Source of the DNA: Promethearchaeota archaeon
Lineage (GTDB): Archaea > Asgardarchaeota > Lokiarchaeia > Sigyniarchaeales > SOKP01
Assembly (NCBI GenBank): GCA_019894975.1
Contig: JAGXNO010000055.1
Coordinates: 1 to 19,897 of the forward strand
Length of the DNA: 19,897 nt
Reading direction: 5' to 3'
Shown piece after piece: positions 17,257 through 19,897 of this stretch. Both the position numbers and the translations under genes were made by a program. The notes below the pieces were generated by a model. That model did not search any database. It was not told where the DNA came from and saw nothing but the letters and a program-made list of their open reading frames with translations. How positions within the stretch are numbered: the stretch's first letter is position 1; every line of letters starts with the position of its first letter.

Positions 17257-18456
17257 TTATTTTCTCATCTTAAGGAACTCGCCTGATTTCATTAACTTGC
17301 ATGGTCTAAGGTAATTTTTACCCGTGAGGTCAGCCACTTCTTCTAATTTTTTAGACAACTTTTCATAATTATTTTTATTCATAATAAACGGACCGGGCAT
17401 TCGATATCCAATGTTAACCGCCTTATCAATCACTTTATAATTTTTAACAATTCCCTGTTCTAAAAGTCTACAACCTTCATTTAGTTGCTGAGCCAAAAAG
17501 ATTTCAAAGTCAACTAAACCTGCTTTCTTTGAAAGATCTCTTTCAGGAAGTGCTCCTTGTACCCAATCATAGAATCCTTTTCCTGTTTTTAACCCTAGAT
17601 TACCACTTTCAACCAAGTTTACAAGAGTTTGACTAGGAGCAAAATCAGGGGATAAAGTCTCTTCAAAATATTTCATAACGTTATATACAGTGTCAACTCC
17701 AATTCCGTCAATCATAGCACATATGCCCAATCCTCCAAAATCATTTGTATCAGCATCAATTTGCTCGAAAGGAATATTTTTTTCTAAGGCTTGATCAAAT
17801 ATCCAATTATAATATGGTCCAATTGCCCCTACCACTCTATTCGCAATATGTCCCGGAGTTTCTTTCTCAAGGGTGATTATAACTCTCTTACCTTCTGTAG
17901 CAGGCAATGTTTCACCAACAGCTACACCTATATCCATACTTTCGTTTGATGTTTTATCCCCTTTGGTAATTTCTATTAATTCATTTCTTACTGGAGAAAA
18001 AAAATGCATACCAATTACTTTTTCAGGTTTTCCTGATGCTTCACCTAATTTTGTAATACTCATTGATGAAGTGTTACTAGCTAAAACCGTGTCCTTACTC
18101 GTATATTCTCCTAATAGCTTATATACATCCTTTTTAATTTCCATTACTTCAGGAACAGCTTCAATAACGAAATCAGCATTCTCAACAGCTTTTTTTAAAT
18201 CCGTTTCTTTAATCAATCTTTCTAAAAGTCCTTTGTATGTCGATCCTTGCCCTAATTTTCCGTCAGACTCAAGTTTTTTTAAACCAGTCTCAGGATTATT
18301 CATCATCCACCCAATACCTTTCTCTATTACCTCTTTGGAAATATCGTTGATGAAAACTTTCTCATATCCTGCCATTAAGCAAATTTGCGTAATACCATGT
18401 CCTTGAATCCCCGCTCCTATTACTGCTATGTTCTTAATATTACTGATATCAACTAT
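17257..18456 (-). CDS. 3-hydroxyacyl-CoA dehydrogenase family protein; N-terminus extended 27 codons to a proposed ATA start
   Basis: Upstream in-frame IVDISNIKNIAVIGAGIQGHGITQICL supplies the NAD-binding GxGxxG motif. Also ADFVIEAVPE, LASNTSS, GMHFF, PGHIANR, GNLGLKTGKGFYDW and a second C-terminal-type domain. Confidence 0.9.
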   Translation of the reverse strand: MVDISNIKNIAVIGAGIQGHGITQICLMAGYEKVFINDISKEVIEKGIGWMMNNPETGLKKLESDGKLGQGSTYKGLLERLIKETDLKKAVENADFVIEAVPEVMEIKKDVYKLLGEYTSKDTVLASNTSSMSITKLGEASGKPEKVIGMHFFSPVRNELIEITKGDKTSNESMDIGVAVGETLPATEGKRVIITLEKETPGHIANRVVGAIGPYYNWIFDQALEKNIPFEQIDADTNDFGGLGICAMIDGIGVDTVYNVMKYFEETLSPDFAPSQTLVNLVESGNLGLKTGKGFYDWVQGALPERDLSKKAGLVDFEIFLAQQLNEGCRLLEQGIVKNYKVIDKAVNIGYRMPGPFIMNKNNYEKLSKKLEEVADLTGKNYLRPCKLMKSGEFLKMRK

Positions 18457-18463
18457 AATTTAT

Positions 18464-18469
18464 TCACCT
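18464..18469 (-). promoter_or_regulatory. Shine-Dalgarno motif AGGTGA, 7 nt upstream of the proposed ATA start of the hydroxyacyl-CoA dehydrogenase
   Basis: Minus strand reads AAGGTGA-ATAAATT-ATA-GTT-GAT. Confidence 0.6.
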
Positions 18470-18608
18470 TTTTGAATTAGTATCTAAAATGGTGGGTAAT
18501 ATTAAAACTATAGAATTATTCTAGGTTTAAAATTTTTAAAAAGAGTAGAAATAAGATATTCTCATAACCAGAGAATGGATTTTCTATTAAATAATTGACT
18601 TGAAAAAA

Positions 18609-19076
18609 TTACTCGGTTTTGACGACCCAATTTGTTCCACAAAGCCCACACACGTATTTTTTCCCGTATATGCGTGGATATTGCATGAGAATATTTTTTT
18701 TATCAATTTTTTCTTGAATAGACATTTGCCGATTATTATCACAATGAGGACAAATACGACGTGAATAGCCCTCAATAATTGGTTTATCTCCGCCTCCTAA
18801 AGTAGGTACGGGTGCATGTATATCAAAGGCTATTTCAACTTCAGGTTCATTAAACGATTCAGTCACTGAAATTGCTTCTATCTCTTCAGTTTCCATAGAT
18901 GTAACGGGAGTATAGGTAGGTGTAGGTTTTACTGGAGTAATTTGTTCCAGTTCATATGGCTTTTCTTCTAGTTTAGAGATCCTTCCTTTTAATAAAGAAT
19001 TTTCTTTCTCTAAATCATAAATTCTCTTTTTTAATTCTTCATTCTCGGTCTTCAATTTATCTATCGTTTCTGCCAT
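18609..19076 (-). CDS. Coiled-coil, Pro/Thr/acidic linker, C-terminal C4 zinc-ribbon protein
   Basis: Likely start is ATG 19076 (MAETIDKL) rather than TTG 19142. Heptad pattern IDKLKTENEELKKRIYDLEKENSLLKGRISKLEE, linker TPVKPTPTYTPV, then CPHC...CGLC. Confidence 0.82.
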   Translation of the reverse strand: MAETIDKLKTENEELKKRIYDLEKENSLLKGRISKLEEKPYELEQITPVKPTPTYTPVTSMETEEIEAISVTESFNEPEVEIAFDIHAPVPTLGGGDKPIIEGYSRRICPHCDNNRQMSIQEKIDKKNILMQYPRIYGKKYVCGLCGTNWVVKTE

Positions 19077-19275
19077 TTTTATTAACTCTGTAATATTTTT
19101 GTTACATTTTTTCTGTAAAAAAAGGATATTTTTTTTTAACAAAATAATAAAGTTCCAATTAAAAAACTTAAGGAATTCGATAGGAAGGAAAACGAACTTC
19201 TTTACCTAAAAAAGATTTTTAAACTTAGCTTGTATTTATTTCTATATTATTAGATTTTTCGTGTGAGAGAGTTTA

Positions 19276-19897
19276 ATGCGGTTATATAAAATAAATAACA
19301 GAGGAGAATTAATTAAATTAGAGAAACTAATCTTCGATGAAAATGATGTTTATCTTGTTGATGACGAACAAAAGAACACGATTTACATTTGGGTAGGTTT
19401 AAAAGTACGACAAGAAACAAAGGATATTACTGCAGAAATAGCAAGAAGATTAGATAAAGAAAGGGGTGGATCAACTAAGATTCTGATCATGAAAGAGAAC
19501 AGAGAATTTGGTTCATTTTTGGCAATGATGCATAACCTGGAGAAAGGGTTAATTCCAGGAGTATCAATTGAAAGAAGACCCGAATTCGTATTTGAGGTTC
19601 CTCCTGAAAAAATTGAATCTATTGGACTTGATGGTACCCCCGCGGAACGGAAAATTACGGCTGAGACAAGGATAATTCAATGGCTTACACAAATCAAAGA
19701 ACATCGTACATCACTACCGAGTCCAAAGGTTGAGGATACTCCCAAACTTGTCAAATTTATTAAGCTTGAAAGAGCACCACTAGAAGTTGAGCCAGAAGTT
19801 GTCCTTAAAGATGAGAAAATTGCGGTAAAGGAAGAAGCTAAAGAAGATTTGGTCAAAGAAGATTTGGATGAAGTAGAATTTAATACCTATGTAAGAG
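19276..19897 (+). CDS. Gelsolin-domain protein (3'-truncated by window edge; missing from ORF track)
   Basis: Open frame from ATG 19276 to the end: MRLYKINNRGELIKLEKLIFDENDVYLVDDEQKNTIYIWVGLKVRQETKDITAEIARRLDKERGGSTKILIMKENREFGSFLAMM... It matches the gelsolin repeat pattern DvyLvD...iyiWvG...A..L...R.G...E...F and is followed by a Pro/Glu-rich linker. Confidence 0.85.
   Translation, partial: MRLYKINNRGELIKLEKLIFDENDVYLVDDEQKNTIYIWVGLKVRQETKDITAEIARRLDKERGGSTKILIMKENREFGSFLAMMHNLEKGLIPGVSIERRPEFVFEVPPEKIESIGLDGTPAERKITAETRIIQWLTQIKEHRTSLPSPKVEDTPKLVKFIKLERAPLEVEPEVVLKDEKIAVKEEAKEDLVKEDLDEVEFNTYVR

Noticed and set aside
10229-18775. Alternative ORFs 10229..10444, 10973..11335, 12490..12750, 12560..12748, 12657..12911, 15579..15911, 15879..16100, 15984..16295, 17873..18406, 18587..18775
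   Set aside because: They overlap confident genes and have the composition expected from antisense or off-frame reading.
19077-19142. N-terminal extension MLKKNILFLQKKCNKNITELIK of the Zn-ribbon ORF (TTG 19142)
   Set aside because: It derives from A/T homopolymer-rich promoter-like DNA. ATG 19076 begins exactly at the coiled coil.
19840-19867. Direct repeat AAAGAAGATTTGG x2 (KEDL twice) in the gelsolin linker
   Set aside because: Small in-frame duplication in a low-complexity acidic linker. It is internal and reads KEDL, not a C-terminal KDEL signal.

Overview
AT-rich, gene-dense prokaryotic window, most probably from an Asgard archaeon (Lokiarchaeia-like). This is inferred from a Rab-like small GTPase without a prenylation Cys, a gelsolin-domain gene, archaeal-type iorAB, archaeal beta-CASP nucleases and GGTGA-type Shine-Dalgarno motifs. 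Gene order: partial ornithine cyclodeaminase/alanine dehydrogenase-family gene, MBL hydrolase, iorAB, MFS transporter, orphan type III Mod-like DNA methyltransferase, MBL hydrolase, Rab-like GTPase head-to-head with a 125-aa unknown protein that has a ubiquitin/RA-like beta-grasp pattern, cold-shock protein, ATC-hydrolase-like protein, flavin reductase, two head-to-head RNase J/beta-CASP paralogs, MFS transporter, an unlisted 52-aa charged ORF, cupin, 3-hydroxyacyl-CoA dehydrogenase, and a coiled-coil/Zn-ribbon protein head-to-head with a gelsolin-domain protein that runs off the window end and is absent from the ORF track. Main leads: (1) a possible GTPase plus RA-like effector module, (2) a gelsolin plus Zn-ribbon pair, (3) two genes that appear to need non-canonical ATA/ATT start codons behind GGTGA motifs, (4) the divergent beta-CASP pair with a perfect palindrome between the genes. 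I saw no rRNA, tRNA, CRISPR array or mobile element. All family calls come from motif recognition by eye, with no database searches.
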